A stretch of 64,000 nt of DNA from an uncultured Dehalococcoidaceae bacterium (GTDB lineage: Bacteria; Chloroflexota; Dehalococcoidia; Dehalococcoidales; RBG-16-60-22), in assembly GCA_964558675.1 (NCBI GenBank), contig CAZLEY010000002.1, positions 9,359-73,358 of the forward strand. The letters are read 5' to 3'. The translations under genes were made by a program, and so were the position numbers. The notes under the pieces are model-generated. The model did not search any database. It had not been told where the DNA came from and saw only the letters and a program-made list of their open reading frames with translations. Positions 34,592 through 43,789 of the stretch are shown piece by piece; position 1 is the first letter of the stretch, and every line of letters starts with the position of its first letter.

Positions 34592-36553
34592 TCATACTAG
34601 TACCCCCTCAATTTCAGACATTATTTGCTCGGTGGTAAAGTGTTTACCCTTAATGGCACCGCTGGGGCAGGCGGCCACGCAGGTGCCGCAGCCCTTGCAG
34701 AGCGCCTCATTGATGCTGGCAACCTTCTTCTCTTCATCAAAGGTTATGGCCTTGTAAGGACAGAGGTCAATGCATATCTTGCAGCCGGCGCAGTGCTCCT
34801 CATCCACAACGGCGATGGCGGATTCGATTTCCACGCTGCCCTTACTTATCATGGCAAGGACTCTGGCGGCGGCCGCCGATGCCTGAGCTACCGTGTCCGG
34901 GATGTCTTTCGGACTCTGGCAGCAGCCGGCGACGAAAATTCCCTCTGTCGTCGTGGCGACGGGGTCAAGCTTGGGATGCTTCTCCAGGAAGAACCCATCT
35001 GCCTTGCGGCTCAGTGAGAAGAGCCTGGCGACATCCTCGATATCGGCACGGGGCTCTAAAGCGCAGCTCAGGATAACCATATCCACGGGGAGCCGCCGTT
35101 TGCGGCGCACCAGCGTGTCCTCGCAGATGACAATAAGCTTGCCCTCTTCTTCAGGGCTTTCGGCGATGTCGGTAATCTCACCCGCCTTCCCCCGGACGAA
35201 GTTTACCCCCTCCTCCTGAATCCGCTCGTAGAACTCTTCGTAGCCTGAGCCGGCGCAGCGCATATCGATGTATAGCTGATATACAGTCGCCTCGGGCACC
35301 TTCTCTTTCAGCAGGTGAGAGAATTTCAACGAGTACATGCAGCACACCCGCGAGCAATATTTATGATAATTCTCATCACGGCTGCCAATACAGTGCAGGA
35401 TAGCTACGCTGCGTGGCGGTGAGCCATCCTTGAGTACCAGCCGGCCGTCCGTGGGGCCGGAGGCATTGCTCATTCTCTCAAACTGTATGCCGGTAAGAAC
35501 GTTATCGTATTGGCCGTAGCCGAACTGTGGGATTACGACGGGGTCGAAAGAATCAAAACCACTGGCAACAATAATATTACCCACATCCACTTCAACCGAT
35601 TTTTCCTTTTGCTCGAAGTCAATCGCCTTCGCCTCGCAGAACATCTCACAGGCGCGGCACTTACCTTTAAGGAAATAGGTGCAATGCTCCGTGTCGATAA
35701 CCGGCACATTGGGCACTGCCTGGGGGAATGGTGTGTAGATTGCCTTTCTCGTCCCAAGCCCGCAATCAAATTCGTTATCCGCCTTCATGGGGCATTTCTC
35801 CTGGCAGGTGCCGCATCCGGTGCATTTACTTTCATCCACGTAACGCGGTTTCTTTTTTATTTTTACCTTGAAATTGCCCACGTAGCCGGATACATCCACA
35901 ACCTCACTGTATGTCATCAGCTCGATGCTTTCGTGTGACCTCACCGAGGCCATCTTCGGTGTGAGTATTCAGGCAGAGCAGTCTAAGGTGGGGAAGGTCT
36001 TGTCCAGCCGGGCCATATTACCGCCGATTGAAGGCTCCCGCTCCACCAGATAGACTTTCTGGCCGGAATCCGCTATCTCCAGGGCTGCCTGTATCCCGGC
36101 GATACCGGCGCCTACCACCAGCGTGCACGGATTAACGGCGACTTCCTTTGTTTCCAGTGGCTCATGGAGGAAGACGCGTCTTACGGCAGCGGTAACCAGC
36201 GCTTTTGCCTTCTGAGTAGCCTTCTCACTGTCCTGATGCACCCAGGCGCATTGCTCACGGATATTGGCCATCTCAAATAGATAAGGATTCAAACCGGCGC
36301 TGGCCACGGTGTGCCGGAAGGTAGGCTCGTGTAATCGGGGTGAACATGAGGCCACCACGACGCGGTTCAGCCCCATTTCCTTAATATCGTTCTTGATTAA
36401 ATCCTGCCCGGGGTCTGAGCACATGAATTTGTAATCACGGGCCACCACCACCGACGGGAGGGTTTTGGCGTATTCGGTGACCTGCCCCACGTCAACCGTG
36501 CCGGCAATATTGGCTCCACAGTGGCAGACATAGACACCAATTTTTGGCTCCAT
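34592..36553 (-). CDS. hdrA: Heterodisulfide reductase subunit A, selenocysteine form (TGA at 35971-35969 read as Sec)
   Basis: Track ORFs 35969..36553 and 34592..35953 lie in one frame. The junction reads [18 protein letters not shown], the HdrA motif that carries Sec in known seleno-HdrA proteins. Total length is 653 aa. Confidence 0.8.
35940..35965 (-). promoter_or_regulatory. Candidate SECIS hairpin for hdrA
   Basis: The mRNA sequence CUCA-CA-CCGA AGAUGGCC UCGG-UGAG forms a 4+4 bp stem with a 2-nt bulge and an 8-nt G-rich loop. It starts 3 nt after the UGA. Confidence 0.3.
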
Positions 36554-36563
36554 TTTCCGCTCC

Positions 36564-37436
36564 TTAGATATATTTTGACAAGACCTTTTCTACGGGTACG
36601 ATACCATTCTTCAAACCGAGTTCCTTTTCGCCAAGTCCAAAGGCAATGCCCATAAGCTGGGTGAAGAAAAGGACAGGGAGGTTGAAGTGGGTCTTAAACT
36701 TCTTGTTTACCCGGCTTTGATACGCATCCAGATTCGTCTGGCATAATGGACAAACCGTAACAATACACTGAGCCCCGTTGCTTGAGGCGGAATCGAAAAT
36801 TTTATGAATCAGGTCTAATGCCACGTCTTCTTCGGAAATAATCAGTGAGCCCCCGCAGCAGCGGGCCTTGAGTGGGAATGGGGTGGGCTCTGCCCCCAGA
36901 CTGGCTACCAGTTTATCCAGGGATTGGGGAGCCTCGGGGTGGTCAAAACCAAATTTGGGGCGGACTACCTGGCAACCATAATAGGGGGCTACCTTCAGTT
37001 CGCTCAGGGGTTTTTTCACCCTGGACGCGATGGCATCATAGCCAATATCGGTGGTTATAACATCAAGGAGATGCCTGACTTTCACCGTGCCGTGGTATTT
37101 CAGTCCGCCAGCAGCCAGAGCCTCGTCTACTTTAGCCTTAAACTGGGGATACCCCTTAAGGTAAGCGTTGGTATGGTTAAAAACAACGTAGCAAGCACTG
37201 CATGGCGTTACCATATCGAGCCCTCGCTTTTCGGCCAGGGCCAGGTCACGTGACGCCATGCAAAAGGCACCGAGTTCATCAACGGAACTTGATGGCGTCG
37301 AGCCGCAGCAGTTCCAGTCTTCCAGCTCAGCGAGGTCAATATCTAGGAGCTTGCTCACGGCCCGGGCTGACCAGTTATACGCCTTGGCGCCTCCCTCAGA
37401 GGCGGAACAGCCGGGGAAATATGTATAATATTTCAA
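36564..37436 (-). CDS. hdrB: Heterodisulfide reductase subunit B (two CCG domains)
   Basis: FPGCS...NCCGS...YYGCQ...RCCGGS...CPLCQ. Confidence 0.85.
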   Translation of the reverse strand: MKYYTYFPGCSASEGGAKAYNWSARAVSKLLDIDLAELEDWNCCGSTPSSSVDELGAFCMASRDLALAEKRGLDMVTPCSACYVVFNHTNAYLKGYPQFKAKVDEALAAGGLKYHGTVKVRHLLDVITTDIGYDAIASRVKKPLSELKVAPYYGCQVVRPKFGFDHPEAPQSLDKLVASLGAEPTPFPLKARCCGGSLIISEEDVALDLIHKIFDSASSNGAQCIVTVCPLCQTNLDAYQSRVNKKFKTHFNLPVLFFTQLMGIAFGLGEKELGLKNGIVPVEKVLSKYI

Positions 37437-38002
37437 CTGACACCTCCTAGAGATTCAGCTTTATCAAGGATAGCTCTTAGCTGATTGGTCCCTTCCGGTG
37501 TCAGCCTTCTCGCCCTTATAGACAGGCGGTCATGCCTGAACAGACTCAATGCTATCGGAATCATCCGCCAGGCACGCAGTGGATTACTAAATATATAGAA
37601 CCAGGTCATGAATCCGAATTCGGGGAGACTTCCCAGGCTGCAGGCGAAATGGTTGAAGCTTCGGTACATAGTGGGCGTGAAGCTCCCGGCATAGCTCAGG
37701 CCGGCGCGTTCTGCCAGACACTCCAGGGCATGCATCAGGCCTGTCTGTTTTATTCCTCTTGGACAGCGCACCGTGCACAGGTAGCAGGATAGGCAATACC
37801 ACATGGCATTGCTCGATAAAACTTCCTCGCGCATGCCCGCCCGCGCCATAGCTATGAGCTGTGAGGGTGTATGGTCCATTTTTTCGGCATTAGGACAGGA
37901 AGCGGTGCAGGTACCACACTGGATGCAGAGTCGAATACCTTCACCGCCGGGGATAGCACAAATTTCATCTACAAAAGTTACAGCCTTTGCCTCTACTACC
38001 AT
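37433..38002 (-). CDS. hdrC: Heterodisulfide reductase subunit C
   Basis: CIQCGTCTASCP and CLSCYLCTVRCP. Overlaps the hdrB start by 4 nt. Confidence 0.85.
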   Translation of the reverse strand: MVVEAKAVTFVDEICAIPGGEGIRLCIQCGTCTASCPNAEKMDHTPSQLIAMARAGMREEVLSSNAMWYCLSCYLCTVRCPRGIKQTGLMHALECLAERAGLSYAGSFTPTMYRSFNHFACSLGSLPEFGFMTWFYIFSNPLRAWRMIPIALSLFRHDRLSIRARRLTPEGTNQLRAILDKAESLGGVS

Positions 38003-38082
38003 AAAACTCCCCCTCTCGATATATAGGCCACTGATAATTCAGTTTGGGTTTGTAATTAAACAACACGTCTTATTCAGATGAA

Positions 38083-38108
38083 AAAAGGGAGTATTAATAC
38101 TCCCTTTT
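38083..38108 (-). terminator. Intrinsic terminator (perfect palindrome) between the MEWQ peptide genes and hdrC
   Basis: AAAAGGGAGTA-TTAA-TACTCCCTTTT. On the minus-strand RNA the hairpin is followed by UUUUUU. It overlaps the stop codon of the 63-aa ORF. Confidence 0.6.
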
Positions 38109-38298
38109 AAGTAACCTCGTGAGCTACCGTTTCTTCAACTGGCGTTACCGCTTTCCTTCGTGTGATGGTGACGCGCCGCCGTAGCCTGTCACGGGCAACC
38201 TGGTATAGACCACTGACGACCGCTATCCAGACCAGTAACGGGACGAAAATGATTACGGGTATTGCAATTACCAGGGCCAGTATTACCTGCCATTCCAT
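38107..38298 (-). CDS. MEWQ single-pass membrane peptide, copy 2 (63 aa)
   Basis: MEWQVILALVIAIPVIIFVPLLVWIAVVSGLYQVARDRLRRR... with an AAGGGGGA ribosome-binding site. Confidence 0.6.
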   Translation of the reverse strand: MEWQVILALVIAIPVIIFVPLLVWIAVVSGLYQVARDRLRRRVTITRRKAVTPVEETVAHEVT

Positions 38299-38352
38299 CT
38301 TGTGTTATTCCCCCTTTCTAAGTATTTCTGTTTATCTCTTCTGGTGTCATGG

Positions 38353-38523
38353 CTATTTGGTCTTGGCTGTTACCTTGACACCTTTCTCGCGGATAACTCG
38401 TCTCGCTCTCGATTCCTTAATGGCAGCGTAGATGCCACCAATGTTCAGGTACCAGACAAACGCTGCCGGGAACAGGATGATTGGTATTGCTATTACCAGC
38501 GCAACTATAAACTGCCATTCCAT
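38353..38523 (-). CDS. MEWQ single-pass membrane peptide, copy 1 (56 aa, below the ORF-track cutoff)
   Basis: The reverse complement from ATG at 38523 reads MEWQFIVALVIAIPIILFPAAFVWYLNIGGIYAAIKESRARRVIREKGVKVTAKTK, ending at TAG (38355-38353). AAGGGGG ribosome-binding site. Confidence 0.55.
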   Translation of the reverse strand: MEWQFIVALVIAIPIILFPAAFVWYLNIGGIYAAIKESRARRVIREKGVKVTAKTK

Positions 38524-38554
38524 CACTCACACCCCCTTTCAAGCGGAGATTCTA

Positions 38555-38622
38555 TAGAGGTAAGAGCTGGATTATGGAGCTAAGCCGAAGAGACTTCCTT
38601 CCATCCTCTCCTCTTACCTCTA
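38555..38622 (-). promoter_or_regulatory. Long hairpin in the leader upstream of MEWQ copy 1
   Basis: Perfect 12-bp inverted repeat: TAGAGGTAAGAG (38555-38566) and CTCTTACCTCTA (38611-38622), separated by 44 nt. Confidence 0.45.
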
Positions 38623-38860
38623 CTTTCAGACTACTATCATGTTGGAAATTTATCTTCCGTATTAATGCCTGTTTCCGATGCTGTAAACAACTAAACCGCT
38701 AGCCTTCAACTTACACTTTATACCTAGTCGCAACTGTGAAAATTAGGCATAAATGCTTATCAATATGAGGTATTTATACCTATGGTTTAGGCCTTTTCTG
38801 AATTGAGTACCCAACCTTAAAGGGGTATTATAGAGATATCCCAAAAAGAGGGAGTGCCAT

Positions 38861-39526
38861 GTGGGTAAGATAAGAATTTTAATCGCTGATGACCACGCCA
38901 TGGTGCGCGAGGGCACGCGCCAGATATTAGAGCAGGAGAAAGACCTGACCGTAGTTGCTGAGGCTGGTGATGGTGAGGAAGCGGTACGGTCGGCCGGTAC
39001 CTTCAAGCCGGACGTTGCCATAATGGACATCGCCATGCCCAGGCTTGACGGTATTGGGGCTACCAAGCAGATTAAGGCACTTTATCCTTCTATAGCCGTG
39101 TTGATACTTTCGGCTTATGATGACGACCAGTTTGTCATCAGTTTTTTAGAAGCCGGGGCGGCTGGCTACCTGTTGAAAAGTGTGCGAGGTCGTGAACTTG
39201 TTAATGCCGTACGAGCCGTATATGCTGGAGAGTCGGTGCTTCATCCGGCAATTGCCCGTAAGGTGCTGAACCGTTTTGTGCCTGCTGCCGGTAACCTGGC
39301 GAGGCGGGAAGCATCAGAGCTGCTAAGTGAGCGAGAGATGGATGTTCTCAAGCTGGCGGCCAAAGGATTGCGCAGTGAGGATATCGCCCACGAACTGAGC
39401 CTCAGTCTCCGTACGGTTCAAAATCACCTGAACCATGTATTCAATAAGCTGCGGGTGAGCTCGCGGACCGAAGCCGTGGTACGCGCCTTAAAGGAGGGCT
39501 GGATTTCTCTTGATGATGTGCCATGA
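38861..39526 (+). CDS. NarL/LuxR-family response regulator
   Basis: Receiver domain ILIADDHAMVREG...DVAIMDIAMP plus a C-terminal LuxR HTH (LSEREMDVLKLAAKGLRSEDIAHEL). GTG start. Confidence 0.85.
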   Translation: MGKIRILIADDHAMVREGTRQILEQEKDLTVVAEAGDGEEAVRSAGTFKPDVAIMDIAMPRLDGIGATKQIKALYPSIAVLILSAYDDDQFVISFLEAGAAGYLLKSVRGRELVNAVRAVYAGESVLHPAIARKVLNRFVPAAGNLARREASELLSEREMDVLKLAAKGLRSEDIAHELSLSLRTVQNHLNHVFNKLRVSSRTEAVVRALKEGWISLDDVP

Positions 39527-39707
39527 AGGTTGACACTTCTGCGGAATCAACATATGGATGTAGCGTACCCAAATCACCCGCCTGCCAACACTGGCTGAAT
39601 ACTTCGTTAACTGTAATAACATTTCGCCTTCAGCTGTTTACAGCTAAGCCCAATCATGATATATTCATATATACTGAGCAGTAGTTGAACAAGGAGGCAT
39701 TAGATTC

Positions 39708-40337
39708 ATGGTGGACTATGAAGCTTTAAAGAAAAAAGTAGACGAAATGGCGCGTAGAGAATGGGACGTGGCGGCGATTGAGGCCAGAGTTAAGAAATTT
39801 TCCGAAGAAGGGATTCCCAGGAAAAAACTCGATGCTAAAGAGATACTGGCTAACAGGGAGCAAATCCTCGACCGCGTTCAACGGCGGGCTGAGGAGTATA
39901 ATTTCTTTTTCAAAAACTGTGCCCAGGGTACAGCGATGGCTCTGATGGAAGAGTTCGGTCAGGGCAGCATGGAGGTTATTCAGGCTTTGGCTCTATTTCC
40001 CGGGATAGGCGGTACCGGTAATATGTGCGGGGGCATAACCGGTAGCCTGATTAACTTCGGGCTCTATTTTGGCCGCACTGACCGGCCCGGTCCTCAAACG
40101 ATGGAAGTAGCTATGGCGACTGCCCAGAATTTTATGGCGGCATTCGAAGCCGAATTAGGTAATAAGTATTGCGCTGACATAATAGAAAAGGTGACAATTG
40201 GGTATAGACTGAATCCCGGAGATGGCGCCGAGGCTATGCAGACCTTTGCCAAAGAGAAAGGTTTTGAGAAATGCAGCATGGTTCCAGGTATAGGTGTCAG
40301 GCTTGCTGCCGGGTTTATTATAGATACCATGAAATAA
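39708..40337 (+). CDS. C_GCAxxG_C_C family protein
   Basis: NCAQGTAMAL and NMCGGITG motifs, with later YCADI and KCSM cysteines. Confidence 0.65.
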   Translation: MVDYEALKKKVDEMARREWDVAAIEARVKKFSEEGIPRKKLDAKEILANREQILDRVQRRAEEYNFFFKNCAQGTAMALMEEFGQGSMEVIQALALFPGIGGTGNMCGGITGSLINFGLYFGRTDRPGPQTMEVAMATAQNFMAAFEAELGNKYCADIIEKVTIGYRLNPGDGAEAMQTFAKEKGFEKCSMVPGIGVRLAAGFIIDTMK

Positions 40338-40397
40338 AATCGCAGGTGTTCACAGTCTCGTCCCACTCAGGGGGCAGTAATTATCACCGGAATAATG

Positions 40398-40427
40398 AAA
40401 AACCCCGTCCTTTATGGCGGGGTTTTC
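40398..40427. terminator. Bidirectional intrinsic terminator between convergent genes
   Basis: AAAACCCCG (40399-40407) pairs with CGGGGTTTT (40418-40426). An A-run and a T-run flank the stem. Confidence 0.65.
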
Positions 40428-40476
40428 GTTATCTAAGTGAGGAGGTCGCAAGACCAGACTCTGTCCCGGCGCTGTA

Positions 40477-41184
40477 CTATCCGGGCCCAAACCGGGGGGC
40501 TTCCTGCGGTGGCCACAGCTCCTCAGCTAAATCATCCAGCTCGATATCGGCGATGGGCACCTTCATCTCTCCCCTGGCTACCACTGCCTTGAGCTTTTTG
40601 GAGCCCATCACCGACCCCAAGCCCGAGCGCCCGGCAGCATCTCCCTTATTGCTCATAATACAGGCTACAAGGGCGACCTTTTCTCCGGCCGGACCGATGC
40701 TGACGACTTTTGACGTTGGGCCGTGTTCCGCCTCCAGCGTGTCTTCAGTTTCATAAGTGCCTTTTCCCCAGAGGTAAGCGGCGTCTCTTAATTCGGCCCT
40801 GCCATTGTCAATGAGAAGGTAAACCGGCTTTTCTGAAATGCCGGTAAAGAATACACCATCATAGCCGGCAAACTTGAGATGAGGTCCAAAATGCCCGCCG
40901 GAATTGGCGTCACCCCAGCCGCCGGCAAGTGGCGATTTGGCTACGACTGCGTATCGGCAGCAGAAAGTGGCCGGCGTGCCGGTGAGCGGGCCGGTAAGCA
41001 GGCCAAACGTGTTCTCAGGCCCCAGTGCGTCCACTCCGCCCCGCTGCCGGCTGTAAAGAATCTTTGCCCCGACGCCGTAACCCCCTATGAAATCTCTGTA
41101 GAGGCTCTCGTCAGGTGCCTCATCCTTCATCTCCCCTGTGGAAAGGTTCACGAACAGGAGTTTGCCCATATATCCTCCAGCCAT
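40477..41184 (-). CDS. Aldehyde:ferredoxin oxidoreductase N-terminal domain only (truncated AOR)
   Basis: GKLLFVNLSTGEMKDEAPDESLYRDFIGGYGVGAKILY is the AOR_N opening. The ORF stops after 235 aa, whereas AOR enzymes are about 600 aa. Only ~140 nt remain before the next gene. Confidence 0.65.
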   Translation of the reverse strand: MAGGYMGKLLFVNLSTGEMKDEAPDESLYRDFIGGYGVGAKILYSRQRGGVDALGPENTFGLLTGPLTGTPATFCCRYAVVAKSPLAGGWGDANSGGHFGPHLKFAGYDGVFFTGISEKPVYLLIDNGRAELRDAAYLWGKGTYETEDTLEAEHGPTSKVVSIGPAGEKVALVACIMSNKGDAAGRSGLGSVMGSKKLKAVVARGEMKVPIADIELDDLAEELWPPQEAPRFGPG

Positions 41185-41405
41185 TTCTTGCTCCTTCTAG
41201 AAACTTTTTGACAATTGCTGATATTGTATTGCCGGTTTGGTAATAAGAGGCAGGATTAAGTTCTGAGGTTGGTAAATACTTTATAAAAATCCTCTGCTTT
41301 CACCACTTCTCTATAATAAGTGTCAGCAGATAAAAGTCACGTGATGTTTTTATTCCAGCCAGTGAAATAAGCAGATTTAGGTATATTGCAGTCCGGACCC
41401 TTAAG

Positions 41406-42110
41406 CTACAGTCCTAAATATGCCTTCCTTACATGGTCGCTTTGGAGGAGCTCATCGCAGGTGCCCTCCAGAGCCAATCGGCCGTTTTCTAGAACACATG
41501 CCCGGTCAGCTATCTCCAGGGTGTGTTTGACATTTTGCTCAATCAGTAATATGGTAATTCCCTGCTCGCGAAGCGATTTTATTATCTGAAAAACTTCCAG
41601 CACCAATCTTGGTGCCAGACCATTTGACGGCTCATCGATAATGCACATTTTGGGTCGGGACATCAATCCCCGCCCCATGGCTAACATTTGTTGCTCGCCA
41701 CCGCTTAATGTGCTCGCCAATTGTCTCTCTCTCTCTTTTAATACAGGGAATGTTTCATACACCCGCTCGATCGTTTCATCCTTCTGTTTCCAGGCGCGTT
41801 TGGGGTAGGCACCCATCTCCAGGTTTTCGTGAACTGACATATCGGTAAAGAGTTTTCTACCCTCGGGTATATGAGAAATACCAAGCTCTACTATAGAGTG
41901 AGCCGTCAGCCCGTCTATCCTCTGTCCGAGGAATGAAATACTCCCTGAGGTGGGACGTAATAGACCGGATATGGTGTGTAGCAGCGTCGATTTACCGGCT
42001 CCATTGGCACCCACTAAAGCGAATATCTCCGCCTCGTTGACATTGAAGCAAACATCCCATAATGCCTGGATCTTGCCATAGAAAGTACATACATTATTGA
42101 CCTCAAGCAT
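41406..42110 (-). CDS. livF: Branched-chain amino acid ABC transporter ATP-binding protein (LivF-like)
   Basis: Walker A GANGAGKST, signature LSGGEQQML, Walker B IIDEPS. Confidence 0.8.
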   Translation of the reverse strand: MLEVNNVCTFYGKIQALWDVCFNVNEAEIFALVGANGAGKSTLLHTISGLLRPTSGSISFLGQRIDGLTAHSIVELGISHIPEGRKLFTDMSVHENLEMGAYPKRAWKQKDETIERVYETFPVLKERERQLASTLSGGEQQMLAMGRGLMSRPKMCIIDEPSNGLAPRLVLEVFQIIKSLREQGITILLIEQNVKHTLEIADRACVLENGRLALEGTCDELLQSDHVRKAYLGL

Positions 42111-42834
42111 TGGCCTGTTCTCCTAAGTATACTTCGATAACTCTATCGCTGGTGGCGATTTCCTGTGGCGTTCCTTCGGCAATCTTCTCACCATGATGGA
42201 GCACCATAATTCGGTCACATACGTTCATGATAGCCTTCATAACATGCTCAATCATGACAATGGTAATTCCCCTGTCCCGAATCTTCTTTACCAATTCCAT
42301 AGCCTGGGCTACTTCCGTGGCGTTTAACCCCGCCATCAGTTCATCAAGCATTAATAGCTCCGGGCCGGTGGCCAGCGCCCTGGCTACCTCAAGTCGCTTC
42401 TGGTTGGCCAGCGTCAGGTCTCTGGCCGGGGTCGCGCTCATGGCTGATAACTCCACAAACTCCAATGCCTCTCCGGCTTCCCTGGTAGCGTCCGCTGACG
42501 ACAGGCCGGGTGATTTCCCGAAATACGAGCCCAACCGTACGTTATCAAGGACTGATATATTGGCGAAAATTTTGACCGATTGGAACGTCCTGGCTACTCC
42601 CATCCTGCAGATTCTATACGGCTTCATGCCGGTGATATTCTTACCTTTAAATTTTATTGTCCCGGGTTTGGGAACAAGGGCTGCCGATATCAAATTAAAC
42701 AGCGTTGTCTTACCAGCCCCATTGGGACCAATCAGACCTATAATTTCGCCCTCGTCAACGTGAAAATCAACATTCGATACGGCGGCCAACCCGCCGAAGT
42801 ACTTGGTTACTCCTTCACCTTCAAGTATCGGCAT
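42103..42834 (-). CDS. livG: Branched-chain amino acid ABC transporter ATP-binding protein (LivG-like)
   Basis: GPNGAGKTTLFN and MLDELMAGL. Overlaps livF. Confidence 0.8.
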   Translation of the reverse strand: MPILEGEGVTKYFGGLAAVSNVDFHVDEGEIIGLIGPNGAGKTTLFNLISAALVPKPGTIKFKGKNITGMKPYRICRMGVARTFQSVKIFANISVLDNVRLGSYFGKSPGLSSADATREAGEALEFVELSAMSATPARDLTLANQKRLEVARALATGPELLMLDELMAGLNATEVAQAMELVKKIRDRGITIVMIEHVMKAIMNVCDRIMVLHHGEKIAEGTPQEIATSDRVIEVYLGEQANA

Positions 42835-43786
42835 GTTGTCCTCCTGGCCTTCGTTTCCAGAGATTTTGCACCAGACCTACAAGTCCATTAGGCAGGTATA
42901 ATATAGCCAATACTAATATAATACCAAAAATAAGCATATAGTAATAGGGGAACTCGGTTTGCAGCGTTTCTTGCAGGTAGGCAAAAATAGCGGCGCCTAT
43001 TACCGGACCGTAAATTTGCCCCATACCGCCGAAGATTGCCATCAAGACCGGCAGGAAAGAAAAGAGAACACTAAAGGCTACATGTGGGTTAATATATGTT
43101 AATTTTGTAGCCCAGATTGCCCCGGTTGCCCCCATAAAGAAAGCGCTGATGGCAAAGGTGATGACCTTAACCATGGTGACGTTAATACCTATGTGGGACG
43201 CGGCTTCCTCATTCTCCCCGATACTCCGCATGGCTAAACCGAATTTGGAACGCTGAATAAAGAAGGTGGTGAGCATTACCAGGACAAAAATACCCAGCAT
43301 GGTGTAAAAGATAACGTTATTATCCACCAGTATGACGTATCGACCAAGTAAGTGGGATACAGAAAGCTCCCACCAGTTGAGAAGCTCCATTATGAGCACA
43401 ACGAGTCCGAAGGTGAAAATTGCGAAATATATGCCCCTCAGCCTTAGAGTTAGAGCGCCGACGCCAAGGGCGATTATGCTGCTGGCTAGACCGCCTATCA
43501 AGACTACCACCAGTACCGGAAGTACCGCTCCTGTGGTCGGCAGAAACAGGGCTGAAGCATAGATACCGATTCCGAAGAAGGCAGCCGTAGCCAGTGACAT
43601 ATAGCCGGTAAGACCGGAAAAAAGTACCCAGCTCACCGTAAGGTTAGCATACAGCAAGAGGGTTGTTACTAGTATGACGTTGTAGAGCGAACCAAAGAAG
43701 GGCAGAGTAACTAACCCGACGAATATGATGAGAGTAATTATTCCCGTTATATAGAACCTTTTAGAGGTAAATCTAGCTATATCCAT
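42821..43786 (-). CDS. livM: Branched-chain amino acid ABC permease (LivM-like)
   Basis: 321-aa polytopic membrane protein in the liv gene order. Confidence 0.75.
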   Translation of the reverse strand: MDIARFTSKRFYITGIITLIIFVGLVTLPFFGSLYNVILVTTLLLYANLTVSWVLFSGLTGYMSLATAAFFGIGIYASALFLPTTGAVLPVLVVVLIGGLASSIIALGVGALTLRLRGIYFAIFTFGLVVLIMELLNWWELSVSHLLGRYVILVDNNVIFYTMLGIFVLVMLTTFFIQRSKFGLAMRSIGENEEAASHIGINVTMVKVITFAISAFFMGATGAIWATKLTYINPHVAFSVLFSFLPVLMAIFGGMGQIYGPVIGAAIFAYLQETLQTEFPYYYMLIFGIILVLAILYLPNGLVGLVQNLWKRRPGGQHADT

Positions 43787-43789
43787 ACT

